Virus record (IMG/VR): IMGVR_UViG_3300045978_000284
Span: 32,001-96,000 of that record
Source of the DNA: a virus
Strand: one strand, 5' to 3'
DNA length: 64,000 bases
Below are positions 1-10,400 of this stretch, piece by piece. Within the stretch, counting starts at the first letter, position 1, and each line of letters starts with the position of its first letter. The notes below the pieces were generated by a model that saw only the letters and a list, made by a program, of their open reading frames with translations, was not told the origin of the DNA and made no database searches. Position numbers and translations under genes: made by a program.

Positions 1-639
1 GTGACGGCGGGCCTGAACCACGTCATGTCTCGGCTCATGCGGTCCTCGGCCGTGGGCGGGGCCACCCTGGGCTACAACGACGGCCGCCGGCTGCCGACCG
101 CCTGGATCGCCTCGACCGCGTACTCGGTGGGCGACGTCGTGCGGCCGACTGGGGCCTCGGCCCAGGATCCGAACAACCGCTTCTTCGTCTGCCAGGTGGC
201 GGGCACCTCGGCGGGCTCGCAGCCGACCTGGCCGAACACCGCGGGCGGCACGGTCACCGACAACACCGTCACGTGGGCAGAGGGAAGCCAGTGGTACATC
301 GGTCTCGTGAACGGGCCGACGGAAACCGACTACAACCCGGCCGACACGATGGCCTCGCACGCCGGGTGGACGGAGAACGTGACCTACTCGAACACGACCC
401 GGGTGGCCTACATTCCGGGTGCGGTGTCGGCGGGCTCGTGCAACAACTCCGGGAACCTGGCGGCGTTCAACATCAACGGCAGCGCCACGATTTCGGGCTC
501 GTTCCTGACCGACATCCAGACCAAGGGCGGCACCGCCGGACTGCTCTACGGTGTCGGGGCCTACACGGGCGGCGATAGGTCGCTGACGGGGGGCGATACC
601 CTCAACGTCACAGTGACTACGAGCGCCACGTCGGCATAG
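1..639 (+). CDS. Virion structural protein with inserted carbohydrate-binding-like module (probably 5' truncated)
   Basis: Thr/Gly/Ser-rich; AWIASTAYSVGDVV...FVCQVAGTS...PTW...DNTVTW insert; WYIGL...DTMASHAGWTE motif typical of phage virion proteins. Confidence 0.65.
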   Translation: MTAGLNHVMSRLMRSSAVGGATLGYNDGRRLPTAWIASTAYSVGDVVRPTGASAQDPNNRFFVCQVAGTSAGSQPTWPNTAGGTVTDNTVTWAEGSQWYIGLVNGPTETDYNPADTMASHAGWTENVTYSNTTRVAYIPGAVSAGSCNNSGNLAAFNINGSATISGSFLTDIQTKGGTAGLLYGVGAYTGGDRSLTGGDTLNVTVTTSATSA

Positions 640-648
640 GAGGCAGGG

Positions 649-1026
649 ATGCGACAGGAGACCGTCGAGAAGGATGGCAAGACGTCGACCGTGTGCGTGG
701 TGGAGGCCGGCGAGGAGGACCGCGTGTGGCTCTTCGTCGATGCGGAGGGCCAAGAGGTCAGCCGGCTGAACGTTCCCGCGGGCCAGGCGGCGACGGTGAA
801 GATGCCGCAGGGCTCGAAGCGCGAGAAGAACGCGGAGGGCTGGGAGCGCACGGTGCCGGTGCCGACCGTGGCGATCCTGGCCCCCGTGGAGACGGGTGCG
901 GCCGCGGAGAAGCTCCTGGCCCAGACCGATCTGCCCCCGGGCTACGAGCTGATCCGGCTCTCGCACGGGGTGGTTCTGCTGCCGCCAAACGGGCAGGGGT
1001 GGAAGCTGCCGCCCAAGGGGGCCTGA
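649..1026 (+). CDS. Hypothetical protein
   Basis: AGGAGG RBS, GC3-rich codons. Confidence 0.7.
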   Translation: MRQETVEKDGKTSTVCVVEAGEEDRVWLFVDAEGQEVSRLNVPAGQAATVKMPQGSKREKNAEGWERTVPVPTVAILAPVETGAAAEKLLAQTDLPPGYELIRLSHGVVLLPPNGQGWKLPPKGA

Positions 1027-1027
1027 G

Positions 1028-1210
1028 ATGGACATCTCGATCGCCGTCATCTGCGCCCTGATCCTGGTGGCGGCGTTCCTGCTCACGCACTTCATCCCGA
1101 TGCCTTCCTGGGTGGCAGGGATCCTCTGGGGGCTGGCGGTGCTGGCCATCATCGTCATCGTCACGCGCGCCCTCGGGATCCGAACGGGTCTTGCCATGCT
1201 CACCCTGTGA
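1028..1210 (+). CDS. Small two-TM membrane protein (holin candidate)
   Basis: 60 aa, two hydrophobic segments; holin role unproven. Confidence 0.6.
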   Translation: MDISIAVICALILVAAFLLTHFIPMPSWVAGILWGLAVLAIIVIVTRALGIRTGLAMLTL

Positions 1211-1222
1211 GGCCCTAGATCC

Positions 1223-2107
1223 GTGTGGACGATCCCGAACGACGACGGGAGCGCGCAGGCCCAGTACCAGTCCCAGCTCGACAGCGTGGACCTGGAGATC
1301 CTGGTCCGCGCGCTGGGCGGGTCCGCGCGCGCCGGCGTGGTGACGGGGTGCGCGGTCAATGCCCAGGGCTCCCCGAACATGACCGTGCAGGTGACCGCGG
1401 GCCTCGTCCAGTTCGGGAATATCCTGAAGCCGATCACGGCCAAGACCGTCACCATCACCACCGCGCACGCGACCCTGCCCCGCTTCGATCTGATCGAGGT
1501 CAACGCGTCGGACGCCGGCTTCGCCCGGGAGGGGACGCCGGCAGTCTCGCCACGGTTCCCGTTCCCGGACACCGACCGGGTGGTGCTGGCCTCGGTGTTC
1601 GTGCCGGCCGCGATCTCGTCGATCGCCCAGGACAAGATCGTCGACAAGCGCGCCGGGGTGCCGGGGGTGGTCGTCAACCCGCGCCTCGCCGATCTCGCCA
1701 AGACGTCGGACAACACGATTGCGACCGATTCCGCGTTCTCGGCGCCCATGGCCGCGCAAGGGAAGTACCTGCTGATCCTCAAGATCTGGTACAACACGGC
1801 AGCGAATCCGGACTTCAAGTGGCGTCTGATTGGCCCGGCCTCGCCGGCGGCGATCAATCTCAACGGCCAGTACGTGATCCCCAACGCCACCCAGCTGGTC
1901 GCCCCGTTTCGCATGACGGCCTACTCCACGTCGGACGAGACCATCCTGTCCGGCGCGACGGGCGAAGGCTGGCTGCTCGTCGAGGGGTACATCGAGAACG
2001 GTCTCAACGCGGGATTCCTCGAGTTCCAGTGGGCGCAGAACACCTCGAACGCCACGGCCACCACGGTGCGCGGGGCGAGCTATCTGCAGCTGATTCCGGT
2101 GGGCTGA
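1223..2107 (+). CDS. Virion fibre/accessory protein, paralog A
   Basis: GVVTGCAV...MTVQVTAG...LPRFDLI N-domain typical of fibre attachment; beta-rich C-domain. Confidence 0.7.
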   Translation: MWTIPNDDGSAQAQYQSQLDSVDLEILVRALGGSARAGVVTGCAVNAQGSPNMTVQVTAGLVQFGNILKPITAKTVTITTAHATLPRFDLIEVNASDAGFAREGTPAVSPRFPFPDTDRVVLASVFVPAAISSIAQDKIVDKRAGVPGVVVNPRLADLAKTSDNTIATDSAFSAPMAAQGKYLLILKIWYNTAANPDFKWRLIGPASPAAINLNGQYVIPNATQLVAPFRMTAYSTSDETILSGATGEGWLLVEGYIENGLNAGFLEFQWAQNTSNATATTVRGASYLQLIPVG

Positions 2108-2108
2108 G

Positions 2109-3020
2109 ATGTCGCTGACCATCCCGAACGACGAGACGACCTGGCTCAGCGAAGCCTTCTCCCTGCCCCAGGCAGTCGATTTCGCGATCCTGGCCGCGGC
2201 GTGCGGCCCCCGGCCCACGGGCGTGCTGTGGGGCTGCCGCGCCTACTGGGATGGGTCATCGACGATCCACGTGGACCCGGGCACCGTCCTGCTGGACGGG
2301 GCCTTTGCCATGACGCCGACCACCCCCGTGGATTGCACCAGCGACGTGCTCAGCCGGATTGATCTCATCCAGGTCATTCCCGTCGCGGAAAGCGTCGCGT
2401 CGGTCCAGATCAAGAGCGGGGCCTACTCCGAGACGCCGCGCGCGCCCCTGCCGGACCCGGGGTGCGCCGGTGTGGCGGTGGTCTATGTGCCGGGCAAGGT
2501 GAATGACTACTTCCCGCCGCTCGGGCCCGAGTTCGTGCTCGACAAGCGCGTCTTTCTGCCCGGCACGGTCCGGCGATCCAAAAAGGTCGACGAGAGCCGG
2601 TCGACTCTGACGGCGACCGACGATGACTACCTGGCCCTGCCGATCCCGAAGGGTCACGTGACCCATGTCACGATCAAGGTCTGGTACAACACCAACGCGA
2701 CCGCGGACTTCATCTGGTCCCTCGTGCTGCGGGACGGGAACGGGGTGTCATTCGCGCCGCCCACCGTGCTGGTGAACTACCAGTACACCCGGCCGACCGT
2801 GGTGACCCTCGTGGCGCCGGTGTTTTCATCGTCGCTCCCGTCGGGCATAAGCGTGAATGCGTCGGGGACGGGCGACGCCTGGCTTCTGATCGACGCGGCG
2901 ATCGGCGGGGACGCCACGCGCGACGGCGTCCTGAAGTTTCAGTGGGCCACGACCGGGGCCGGCGCGGCGATTCTGCGCGGGTCGAGCTACGCGATTGCGC
3001 GGGGCCAGGGCTGGGCCTGA
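2109..3020 (+). CDS. Virion fibre/accessory protein, paralog B
   Basis: Shares TIPND, RxDLI, DKR, IKxWYNT, FQWA and RGxSY with 1223..2107. Confidence 0.7.
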   Translation: MSLTIPNDETTWLSEAFSLPQAVDFAILAAACGPRPTGVLWGCRAYWDGSSTIHVDPGTVLLDGAFAMTPTTPVDCTSDVLSRIDLIQVIPVAESVASVQIKSGAYSETPRAPLPDPGCAGVAVVYVPGKVNDYFPPLGPEFVLDKRVFLPGTVRRSKKVDESRSTLTATDDDYLALPIPKGHVTHVTIKVWYNTNATADFIWSLVLRDGNGVSFAPPTVLVNYQYTRPTVVTLVAPVFSSSLPSGISVNASGTGDAWLLIDAAIGGDATRDGVLKFQWATTGAGAAILRGSSYAIARGQGWA

Positions 3021-4018
3021 TGTGGCTGCCCATCCAGCCGTTCACGCTGCGCGGCATCAACTCCACGGTGGGGCACCCGGACGGCGGGTACCGGGTCCGA
3101 TCGTGGGGCTGCCCGTACCCCACGCTGCTCTGGTGTTCCACCGCCTCCCCGCTCGGCACGACGCACCAGGCCCGGCTGCCGGACATGACCCCGGGGATCA
3201 CCTGGCTCCTGGCGGTGCTGACCCAGCCGCGCGTGTCGATCACGTGGCCCGCGGCGCCGAACGGCCCCTGGACCTCGCTGCTGACCGGCGACGCGCATGG
3301 CGTGGCCTCGCGACTGGCGATGGCGATGCGGACGGCGAGCGGGGCCGAGTCCAAGTTCGTGACCTACACGACGTCGGCCTCGGCGCGCTGCATGGCAATC
3401 GCGATCGCCATGACCGGCCTCTACCCGGGCTCGACGCCCGAGTTCCAGGTCGGCTGGGACGAGTTCGTGGCGGCTCCCCCGTACCCGAGCCTCACGCCGT
3501 CGTGGGGGGTGGAGGGGGAGCGGACGACCTGGCTCGCGTTCACCGGGACCGTGGACGCCGACAACGACCTGCCCTTCCATCACGCGCTGGAGGATGCGCT
3601 CCGCATCCGCGCCATCCTGATCGACCCCACGGATCGTCACGAGCAGCTGGATCTGTGCCGGCTCGATCAACCACTCGCCACCTGGACTCCGTCGGCGCTC
3701 CTGTCATCCTCCTCCGGCCTGCTGCTTGAGTGCACGGCGGTCACGATGGCGCTCAGGGCCAATACGACGGCCTGCGAGTTCACCGCGGCCTCGAGCATCG
3801 ACGGGCGGATCCGGTTGACCCTGTTCCTGCACCAGCTGACCGGCAAGGTCCTCACCATGCGGCTCATCAACGGGCACACGGTGAGCCGGAAAGCCACGGT
3901 GAGTGGGCCCGGGGGGAGCTACGAGGTGACGGCCGCACCCGGGGCCACGGAGACGCTCGACATCTCGGCGGGACTGCTCTCGCTGGACAACATCAGCTAT
4001 GGGACGAGCCAGGCCTGA
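3020..4018 (+). CDS. Putative virion structural protein
   Basis: TGATG overlap with previous gene; PxPPSLTPSW-like motif. Confidence 0.6.
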   Translation: MWLPIQPFTLRGINSTVGHPDGGYRVRSWGCPYPTLLWCSTASPLGTTHQARLPDMTPGITWLLAVLTQPRVSITWPAAPNGPWTSLLTGDAHGVASRLAMAMRTASGAESKFVTYTTSASARCMAIAIAMTGLYPGSTPEFQVGWDEFVAAPPYPSLTPSWGVEGERTTWLAFTGTVDADNDLPFHHALEDALRIRAILIDPTDRHEQLDLCRLDQPLATWTPSALLSSSSGLLLECTAVTMALRANTTACEFTAASSIDGRIRLTLFLHQLTGKVLTMRLINGHTVSRKATVSGPGGSYEVTAAPGATETLDISAGLLSLDNISYGTSQA

Positions 4019-4711
4019 ATGGCCTTCGGCGATGTCCTCATCCTCGCGGAGAACACCAACACCTCGCAGCTCACCGCCTATCCCACGTCCAGCTATACGC
4101 CGACCGCGGGCCGGCTCATCGTGGCCGGGACGCTGATCACGGCCAGCAGCGCGCCGGGTACGCCCACGCTCACTGGGAACGGGCTCACGTGGTCGCTCAT
4201 CGACGAGATCGGCTACAGCACGCTGGCGGCGCCCACCAAGCTCCTGAGCGTCTTCCAGGCCCCGGTGATCTCACCGTCGTCCGGGGCGTGCGAGATCGCC
4301 AGCAGCAGCGGGACGCTCACGTCCTGCACGTGGTCGATCGTCGAGCTCGACCTGGCCGCGCTCGTGGGCGGGATTGTCCAGGCCCAGAAGGCCGGTAGCG
4401 ACGTGACCCAGACCTCCGCGCTGGTCCCCATGAACCCGTTCGCGGATGCCGGCAACCTGGCGCTGGCGTTCTCGGTCCTGAACAACCAGCAGGCCCAGAC
4501 CGAGCGCCCGAACTGGAACCGCATCAGCGATCTGCCGGGCACCGCGCCGGCGACGGGGTTTCTCTCGCAGTACTTCCTGGGTGACGATGGGGACGCCAGC
4601 GCCTCATGGGGCTCGGTCACGCGGTGGGCTATGATCGCCCTCGAAATCAAGGCCCAGGTGGCGCCGGCCCAGGTGTGGCGTCGACAGGTCCCGATGATGC
4701 TGATGCGGTAG
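4019..4711 (+). CDS. Putative virion structural protein
   Basis: Ser/Thr-rich beta-type sequence in structural block. Confidence 0.65.
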   Translation: MAFGDVLILAENTNTSQLTAYPTSSYTPTAGRLIVAGTLITASSAPGTPTLTGNGLTWSLIDEIGYSTLAAPTKLLSVFQAPVISPSSGACEIASSSGTLTSCTWSIVELDLAALVGGIVQAQKAGSDVTQTSALVPMNPFADAGNLALAFSVLNNQQAQTERPNWNRISDLPGTAPATGFLSQYFLGDDGDASASWGSVTRWAMIALEIKAQVAPAQVWRRQVPMMLMR

Positions 4712-4726
4712 GAAAGGACGAGGGCT

Positions 4727-5209
4727 ATGGGACGCATGTATCGACTGCCGATGCCGGCGATCGCGATCACCGCCCAGCAGGATTTCTATGAGATCCAGTC
4801 GCCGACCGATGCCGTGACCAAGGTGCACCGGATCATCCTGAGCCAGCTGACGGAGGTCGGCGACGCCCAGGAAGAGCAGCTGTCGATCCGCGTGAACCGC
4901 GGGACGGGCACCGTCACGAGCGGCAGCGGCGGAACGACCCTGACCCCGCAGCCCATCGAGGCGGGCGACGTCGGCTACGGGGGCGTCGTGGAGATCAACA
5001 ACACGACGAAGATGGCCGTCGGAACGGGCACGCTCGTCAACCTCGGCGAGTACTCCTGGAACGTGCGCATGGAGCGGGACTTCGTGTATACCCCGGAAGG
5101 GCGCGAGGTCATCTCGCCCGGCAGTCGGCTGACGTTCGAGCTGGCCACGACGCCGGCGGATCCCATCACGGTCAAGGGCACGGTCGAGATCGAGGAGGTG
5201 GGCGGATGA
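4727..5209 (+). CDS. Putative virion structural protein
   Basis: RBS, beta-sandwich-like (TSGSGGTT, YTPE...ISP). Confidence 0.65.
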   Translation: MGRMYRLPMPAIAITAQQDFYEIQSPTDAVTKVHRIILSQLTEVGDAQEEQLSIRVNRGTGTVTSGSGGTTLTPQPIEAGDVGYGGVVEINNTTKMAVGTGTLVNLGEYSWNVRMERDFVYTPEGREVISPGSRLTFELATTPADPITVKGTVEIEEVGG

Positions 5210-5682
5210 GCTGGAAGGGGACGGTCCTGACGCCCGAGACGGTGCCCCCGGCCATCCGGGCGGACCTGATGCGCAAGGCCAACCGCCGCCACCCGCGCGA
5301 TCCCGCGGCCGCGATGGCCGCCCACGAGGTGCTCGTGGCCGAGTATGCCCAGGCGCACAACGAGCGCTTCCGTGTCGTGGCGTATGACGGCGAGGTGCCG
5401 GTGATCGCCGAGGAACTGGAGGCGCGAACGCTCAAGCGCCTCTCGCCGAAGGCGCGGCGGATCGCCACGGCCCTGCTCCTGAGCACGCCCGACGTGCGGG
5501 CGGAAGCGCTCGGGGCCTTCGAGGCCTCGGGCGCGCTGCGCTCGGTCCTGGAGCCCGTGCCGGCCGCTGCGGCTGAGAGCGCCCCGCCACAGGCACCACC
5601 GCCGCCGCCCCCATCCCGCCAGCCGGCGCCAGCCTCCAGCCGTCCATCGCATACGCCGCCTGGACGCTCGACCCGGCGGTAG
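5206..5682 (+). CDS. Hypothetical protein
   Basis: ATGA overlap, Pro-rich tail. Confidence 0.6.
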   Translation: MSWKGTVLTPETVPPAIRADLMRKANRRHPRDPAAAMAAHEVLVAEYAQAHNERFRVVAYDGEVPVIAEELEARTLKRLSPKARRIATALLLSTPDVRAEALGAFEASGALRSVLEPVPAAAAESAPPQAPPPPPPSRQPAPASSRPSHTPPGRSTRR

Positions 5683-5691
5683 CCCCGTCGC

Positions 5692-7080
5692 GTGTCGACC
5701 GGGGTCTTCCGGCGCTATCCGCGGCGGTACCCGCGGGCCTGGATTGCCGGCGCGCCGGCGGGCGGCGTGGTCTCGGCGTCGATCGACTACGGCCTGACCG
5801 CGGCGGTGCCGGCAGCGACCACGGCGATCGCAGGGAAGTCGATCGCGTACGGGGTGGTCGTCAACGCCCCGGCTTCGGCCAGTGCCGTGCGCGCCGCGGC
5901 CCTGCCGCTCGGGGTGATCGAGGCGCTCGGCCTGGGCCGCGTCCTGTCGGCCGGCGCATCGCTCTCGCTGACGACCGTGGAGGGGCTCGTGCTCGCGGCG
6001 AGCCGCACCGCGGCCGCCGCGCTGGCGCTGGGCGTCACGGAAGCGCTGACGCCGACCGCGGGCCTCCTGGCGGTGGCGTCGCTGACCCTCGGCACCCAGA
6101 CGGCCCTGATCCTGAACGGGCTTCCGCCGGGGGCGAGTCTGGACCTCGGGATCACGACCGGGCTGGCCCAGAGCGCGGGCCTCCTGGCGGTGGCCTCGAT
6201 GCCGTTCGGGGTCACGGGCGCGATGGCCCCGGCCCCGCAGACCACACGCGAGGGGACCCTCGCCCTGTCGGTCGAGATCGGGTTGGTCCAGGTTGGCGCC
6301 GCGGTCCTCCAGGCGGCGCTCGGGCTCGGGCTGACGTCGCTCCAGAGCCAGCAGGCCGGCACGGTCGCCTCGGCCCTGATCACCTACCCCGTGCTGGAGC
6401 AGCTTGGCCTGGTGGCGGGCGGGAGCCTCATGGCAGCCCAGACGCTGGCCGCGGTGATGGGGTTCACCCCGGCCGCCGCGCCGAGCGGTGTGAGCGTCCT
6501 CGAGCTGGGTACGCAGCTCGCCCTGACCCTGCCGGCGCCGAACGCGATCATGGCGGCGATCCTGTCCATGGGGGTGCAGCATGGGATGGCGCTGGCGGGC
6601 GGCGCGATGCTGCAGGCGCTGCAGGCCCTGGGGATCACGACGGCGTTCCTGCCCGAGCCGGCGGGCGGGACCCAGCAGGCGCCGCTGACGCTGTCGCTCA
6701 CGACGGACCTGGCGCTCGCGGCCTCCCGCGTGTCGGCGGCGCTCCTCAGCCTGACGTCGATCCCGGCGCTGTCTCCGGATGCTCAGCACCAGCTCGGGCG
6801 CGCGCTGGCCCTGACGATCCAGCAGGAGCTGGCCCTGCACACGCAGACGGCGCAGTCGGCGCTGATCCAGTACGGGCTGACGGCCAGCCAGGTGCAGCTC
6901 GGCGGGATGGTCCACCAGGCGGTGATGAGCCTGGCGGCGTCGCTCGTGCTGGCCCAGAACGGGGCGCTGTTCTCGGCGATCGGCCACCGCATCCGCTTCA
7001 CGGGCGAGCAGATGCGGGCGGCCACCATGACGGGCGAGTCGATGGGCGGCGCGTCGCCGAAAGGGGAACGATTGGTATGA
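5692..7080 (+). CDS. Ala/Leu/Gly-rich repetitive fibre-like protein
   Basis: Degenerate repeats (GLLAVAS, LxLGV/IT), almost no charged residues. Confidence 0.65.
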   Translation: MSTGVFRRYPRRYPRAWIAGAPAGGVVSASIDYGLTAAVPAATTAIAGKSIAYGVVVNAPASASAVRAAALPLGVIEALGLGRVLSAGASLSLTTVEGLVLAASRTAAAALALGVTEALTPTAGLLAVASLTLGTQTALILNGLPPGASLDLGITTGLAQSAGLLAVASMPFGVTGAMAPAPQTTREGTLALSVEIGLVQVGAAVLQAALGLGLTSLQSQQAGTVASALITYPVLEQLGLVAGGSLMAAQTLAAVMGFTPAAAPSGVSVLELGTQLALTLPAPNAIMAAILSMGVQHGMALAGGAMLQALQALGITTAFLPEPAGGTQQAPLTLSLTTDLALAASRVSAALLSLTSIPALSPDAQHQLGRALALTIQQELALHTQTAQSALIQYGLTASQVQLGGMVHQAVMSLAASLVLAQNGALFSAIGHRIRFTGEQMRAATMTGESMGGASPKGERLV

Positions 7081-7454
7081 GGCCCAACTCCTACTGGCAC
7101 AGTACCGAGCGGACGACGGGGGCGTACACGGTGAAGGCCCTGAAGGACGAGGACGGGATCGTCCTGACGAGCCTCGATACCCTGACCCTCTCGGTGTGGG
7201 ATCTCAAATCGGGCGCGATCATCAACGGGCGCGACCGGCAGGACGTGCTCAACCAGAACGACGTGACGTTCAATGGGGACGGCTCTCTGCTCTGGCGCGT
7301 CCAGGCCGCCGACCGGCCGATCCTGGACGACACGCAGGACTGGGAGGACCACGTCGCCATGTTCGAGTTCACCTATGCGGGCGGGGGGCGAACCGGCCAC
7401 TGGGTGCTCCAGGACCGGATCGACAATCTCCAGAAGGTGCCGGCGACGCCGTGA
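7077..7454 (+). CDS. Small beta-sandwich structural protein (BppU N-terminal-like)
   Basis: LKDEDG...L...LTL...G.L.W.....D pattern, follows the fibre-like gene. Confidence 0.5.
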   Translation: MRPNSYWHSTERTTGAYTVKALKDEDGIVLTSLDTLTLSVWDLKSGAIINGRDRQDVLNQNDVTFNGDGSLLWRVQAADRPILDDTQDWEDHVAMFEFTYAGGGRTGHWVLQDRIDNLQKVPATP

Positions 7455-10400
7455 GCGCGAAGTGGGACGTGGTTCTGGCCGAGCGCCTGCTGGCGGACAA
7501 AGAGCGCTCGGGCATCGAGGCGTTCATGCGCGGCACCGGGCGAAAGCGCGGCGGCGGCGAACAGGGTGGCGGCGGTGGTGACGAGGACGACGGAGACTGC
7601 AAGTGGGTCACCATCCGCGGTAACCCCGTCTGCCTGACGCCGGGTCATGGTGGCCACCGGAAGGGCGAGTCCATCGCGAAGTCCCAGGCGGCCTACTCCG
7701 ATGTACCCACGGGGAAGGGGGGCCGCGTGCGCGCGGTGTCCCGGATCTGGAACCCGACCGCCGAGAACACCTGGCGGGGCTCCGGTGCCGTGACACCGAA
7801 GTGGCCCAAGGGCGTCGAGCCCGGAAGAGTGCTCGACCGCTTCCGCTTCAACACGACGTCGATGTCCGCTTCCGGCCACATCGAGGAGGACGAGAACCAA
7901 CGCAAGCGGGCCGTCATCCACGAGGTGGTCAACGACACGCCGAGCCTCCTGACGTCGCAGGAGCGGCGAAACCAGCCGACCGGATCCTACCCGTCGCGCG
8001 CCGGCGAATCCCGCACCCTGCTCCGCGAGCTGATGGTCAGCCTGCGCGACAAGGGGGTGCGGGAGGCCATCCTGCCCCCCAGGGTGGTCGGGGCGGGCGC
8101 CGAGCCGTGGATGGCGTACCAGTCCACGCGCGGGGACAAGCCGTACCCGCGGAGCTGGCCCGGAATGAGCGTGCAGTTCGGCCGCGCCGAGCCCAGGCCA
8201 GGAGTCGTGGCGGGTCCAGGCCTCGGCGATGCGACGGCGCGCCCGGTTCCGCCCCATCGCATCCTCGATCGCCTCAAGGCCAAGCCGGTCACGGACGCGG
8301 GCGGCAAGATCACGGGCTACCGGGTGAACGTCGAGGAGATGCAGTACCTCTGCGAGATGGCATGGCCCGAGGATCGCGTCCTGGCGGATCCGGAGCGGCG
8401 GCGCGTGGTGGCCGCCTTCGACTTCGACGGCACGCTGGCCCAGTACCAGGGGTGGGGCGACGGGACACCGGGCGATCCGATCCCGGGCATGCGCGAGGTC
8501 ATCGACCAGCTGCAGGCCGCCGGCGCCGAGGTCCTGATCTTCTCGACGCGGGATGCCGACCAGATCCGGGCCTGGCTCACGAAGCACGAGTGGCCGGCCC
8601 TGGAGGTGACGAACAAGAAGCACCCGCGGATCACGGTGTACATCGACGACCGGGCCCTCGAGTACGAGCCCGAGACGCTCGACACCCTGGCCGTCCGGGT
8701 CATGAACTTCCGCCCGTGGTGGCAGACGGTCGACCACCAGCTGGCGGACGAGGACGACGACTGCACCTGGATCACGATCGACGGCCGCCACATCTGCATC
8801 CAGCCCAAGCACGCCTGGCATGACCGGACGCCGCGCGTGAAAGTCAGCCGCGCGCCGCACTGGCGACGTGAGCCGATCGAGGGCAAGCGCATCAGCTGGT
8901 CCCAGCAGGGGAAGATGGGGGAGCGCCTGGCGATCGCGCATCTCAAGCGCCTTGGGTTCCGGGACGCGCGGCCGGCCACGAAGATCTCGAACTTTCCCGT
9001 CGACCTGGTGCACGGGGACACCCTGGTCGAGGTCAAGACGGGGCTCGCCAGCAACACGCAGAAGAGCCAGCACTGGCGGACCACGATCGGCGAGCCCGGC
9101 AAGGCGGAGCGGCGCTGGCTGCGCGAGCTGGACCGGGACAAGAAGCTCCGGTGGAACGCCGAGAAGATGCGCCAGATCCATCTCCGCAAGCAGGCGGTCG
9201 TGAAGGCGCTCTCGCGCGAGCTGGGCCGTCCGATCAAGACGGAGACCGTCGCGCTCATCCTCGACCCGGGCCGGCGCAAGGCCGACGTGTACCGCTTCGA
9301 GGGCTTCCCCAGGCGCGTGGGATGGCGCTCGCCCACGGCCCAGCAGGGCTACGTGACCACCTACGACTACAAGCTGAGCGAGGACCTGTGGGACGTACCG
9401 GCCCCGCCGCTGCGGCCGGACGTCTACGAACTCGCCGAGCCCGAGGCGGAGCCCGCTGATCCGGAGACGGTCGATGACGAGGCCGACGACGACGCGGACT
9501 GGCCGTCCTGGGTGCCGCTGGGCGTGCGCGCCGAGGTCGAGGGTGCGCTGTCGCGCTGGAGCCGCGACGTCGAGAAGGCGATCGCGAAGGAGGACAGCCG
9601 GTCGCTCGCCGAGGAGGACGACGACGAGTGCATCTGGCGCATGATCGGGGGCCACCCGGTCTGCATCCGCGCGAGCCACGCGGAGCACGGCCGCGGCGAG
9701 CGACCGGACCGTGGGGCCCCCCGGGAGACCCGGCGGTTCCGCTCCGAGACCACCCCACGCGCCCCGAAGCCCCCGGCGAAGGGCATCAACCCGGAGCCCT
9801 TGACCACCCGGGTGGCGAGCCCTCGGCTCTTCAGCCCGGTTGCCCGGGCGGTGCCGCTGGGCCATCGCTACGGGGAAAAGCCGTCCGGCGACCCGGAGGG
9901 CCACCTGAACTCGGTGTTCCGCGTGACGCTGGAGAACGGCAACGACGCGGTGTGGAAACCGGCCGCCGGCGAGCACAGCGCGTTCTCCGGCGCCGATCCC
10001 GCCAAGCTGAAAGGATTCACGCAGGACCTCCGGGCGTTCGGCCAGCCAGGCACCTACTGGAAGCGCGAGGTGGCGGCCTCCCGGATCGCCCGGGCGGTGG
10101 GCATGGAGGACCTGGTGCCGTCCACCGACCCGGCCTCGTTCGGCACCGAGCACGGGGCGCTTCAGACGTTCCAGCGCGGGGTGAGCCCCATGACCCTCGG
10201 GCGCGATCTCTACGGCAAGCGGCTCGAGGACGTCGAGCGCGCGGTGCTGTACGACGCGGTCATCGGGAACTTCGACCGCCACTTCGGCAACTGGCTGGTG
10301 GCCCCCACCGGCAAGCTGATCCTGATCGACCATGGCCACGCCTTCCCGCGCACCCAGGTCGTGAAGCACCCGGGGGACCTCCGGGAAGGTCTCCGGGCAG

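Noticed and set aside
7196-7450. Upstream extension of the polyprotein ORF, and similar long 5' extensions (13701, 35587, 37421, 38839, 47561)
   Set aside because: Overlap neighbouring genes or tRNAs; downstream starts with stop-start coupling or RBS fit better
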